From positions 1 to 24,563 of the IMG/VR virus record IMGVR_UViG_3300031823_000107: a DNA stretch of 24,563 nucleotides; one strand, given 5' to 3'. The notes beneath the pieces were generated by a model. The model was not told the DNA's origin. It ran no database searches and saw nothing but the letters and a program-made list of their open reading frames with translations. The translations under genes were made by a program, and so were the position numbers. The first letter of the stretch is position 1, and each line of letters starts with the position of its first letter. The DNA comes from a virus (lineage: Duplodnaviria > Caudoviricetes). This document shows, piece after piece, positions 23,200 to 24,563 of this stretch.

Positions 23200-23409
23200 A
23201 TGGTGGATCAACTAAAATGTAAGGACTGTGGACAAGTGATTGAAAGGAGGCAACCGGATGGGGCCCTTGAAACGTATATGGCAAAAGTGGCGCACCAAGA
23301 CCTCTGCCCGAAACGACGAACGCAAAGCGGCGACAGAACCCCTACCGGTTGTACCTCCGGGTCCTGCCCCCTCCCCAGAGGTGACGGAACCGCCAGTGAC
23401 GTCGAATGA
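23200..23409 (+). CDS. Small Cys/His-containing hypothetical protein
   Basis: 69 aa; CKDCG...H...C and CTSGSC. Confidence 0.5.
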   Translation: MVDQLKCKDCGQVIERRQPDGALETYMAKVAHQDLCPKRRTQSGDRTPTGCTSGSCPLPRGDGTASDVE

Positions 23410-23554
23410 CCGCCGCGTGTGGGGCTGTGTCGATTGCAAGCGATATGATGTGACACTCTACAACATCAATTTCCACGGATGGAAAAGGAAAGCATGTCAG
23501 AAACACAAAGGACGCTACCCGAAATATCGGAAAGGGAGTTTGGGATTCCAATGA
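23396..23554 (+). CDS. Small basic Cys/His protein (start uncertain)
   Basis: 3' part of ORF 23240..23554; GTG start; CVDC...CQKH. Confidence 0.45.
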   Translation: MTSNDRRVWGCVDCKRYDVTLYNINFHGWKRKACQKHKGRYPKYRKGSLGFQ

Positions 23555-23676
23555 ATGACAAGACGCTCGTCATGAACGGTGTATACCTTCGCCTGAAACG
23601 CGCGGAGGTATGGAAACGGAATATCCTTTTGTGCCATTTCATAGATCTTTTGTGGGACGAGGCCCCGAAACGATGA
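23551..23676 (+). CDS. Hypothetical protein
   Basis: MNDKTLV start, ATGA overlap; 41 aa. Confidence 0.4.
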   Translation: MNDKTLVMNGVYLRLKRAEVWKRNILLCHFIDLLWDEAPKR

Positions 23677-23766
23677 GTGATATTTACATAATCGCCGAAC
23701 AAATCATGAACCAATGCGGGTTTGATATGTTGGCAGGGAATTGTTCGGCGGTGGAGAAGGGGAAAG

Positions 23767-23964
23767 ATGCTTAATTGGCTACGTTCGATTCGCGTAGGAA
23801 CCGGATTAGATGGCGACCCACTTCCTACTATTTGGTGTTTCTTTGGGATTCACACATTTTGTTTTTATGCGTGGGGCCATGAAGATGAACGCGGATTTTC
23901 TGGGTGTGGATGTTATTGCCACATTGACTGGAATTGTAAACACCATTGGAGAATTAAAAAATGA
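23767..23964 (+). CDS. Small Cys/His/Trp-rich hypothetical protein
   Basis: MLNWLRS start with AAGGGG SD; CFFGIH motif; 65 aa. Confidence 0.5.
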   Translation: MLNWLRSIRVGTGLDGDPLPTIWCFFGIHTFCFYAWGHEDERGFSGCGCYCHIDWNCKHHWRIKK

Positions 23965-24024
23965 CCCCCACCCCCGAAAGACAACTGGCGGAGCGGATTG
24001 CTCCGTCGCTCTGGGAAGGACTGA

Positions 24025-24360
24025 ATGAAAGATAAGCGTATAACGTTATCAGGTAAACCGCCCGAAACAAGTGAACCTATAGGCGCACCTGCTCCGATTG
24101 ATCCTAAGACGGGGATGCACAAAGATTACTGGATTCTGAGCGATGAGGAACGCGCTCAAAAATGGGTGCGACCCTATCGTGATAAGTACGTTCATAAAAA
24201 GTGCGGAGTCGAAACGCTCATGGGAAGAAAGCTCTCGGAAACCTATGCGCGTGACCCTAAGTTCTATGGATCTACTTTCTGTGCGGGTTCAAAATGTCGG
24301 GCGCATTTTCCAGTTAATGAATTTTATTGGAGCCTGGACGGAACAGAGGTGGGATCATGA
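24025..24360 (+). CDS. Conserved-looking phage Zn-binding hypothetical protein
   Basis: LS.EER....VRP.R..YVH..CG..T.MG..L.ETYARDPKFYG.TFC....C..HFPV.EF.W; AAGGA SD. Confidence 0.75.
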   Translation: MKDKRITLSGKPPETSEPIGAPAPIDPKTGMHKDYWILSDEERAQKWVRPYRDKYVHKKCGVETLMGRKLSETYARDPKFYGSTFCAGSKCRAHFPVNEFYWSLDGTEVGS

Positions 24361-24560
24361 GCGATGAAAAACGAGCCGAAACAACCGTAGACTTACTAAT
24401 CGCGGCGATTCTGGATGCCGCTATAGAAATGAAACTAACTCAGTTTAAGACAACCATCACGCCAGAAAAAACGGGCAAACAAACTTTCGTGCGAATTATC
24501 ATAGTTCCTGAACAAATGGAGTATGAGAGCGTTGATCCTAAAGGATTTATGAAACGATAA
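24357..24560 (+). CDS. Hypothetical protein
   Basis: Start MSDEKR (GAGGTG SD, ATGA overlap); 67 aa. Confidence 0.6.
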   Translation: MSDEKRAETTVDLLIAAILDAAIEMKLTQFKTTITPEKTGKQTFVRIIIVPEQMEYESVDPKGFMKR

Positions 24561-24563
24561 AGC

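Overview
This is a fragment of a tailed dsDNA phage or prophage (Caudoviricetes) with two divergent arms that meet in an AT-rich control region at about 13,940-14,180. The minus arm, read right to left, encodes a Zn-finger protein, a replication initiator with internal iterons and the small terminase. An inserted block follows: a signal-peptide protein, a GroES homologue, three tandem DnaJ-type Zn-finger miniproteins and a stand-alone NFACT-R domain. After that come the large terminase, eight small proteins, a P22-like portal, scaffold, capsid decoration protein, major capsid protein and two downstream virion genes. The plus arm encodes many small early genes, an amidoligase plus class II glutamine amidotransferase pair, an RHH-like regulator, a structured non-coding region of about 400 nt, an exonuclease and ssDNA-annealing pair, RusA, an HTH protein and an HNH-like protein. 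The most striking unexplained signal is an 11-residue motif, [NS]xADx[EA][LY]x[RH][LM][KRM]. It occurs at the scaffold C-terminus and in four small proteins between terminase and portal, one of which also copies the first 15 residues of the major capsid protein. This suggests a peptide-tag system for loading cargo into the capsid. All family calls come from motif recognition by eye; no searches were run.
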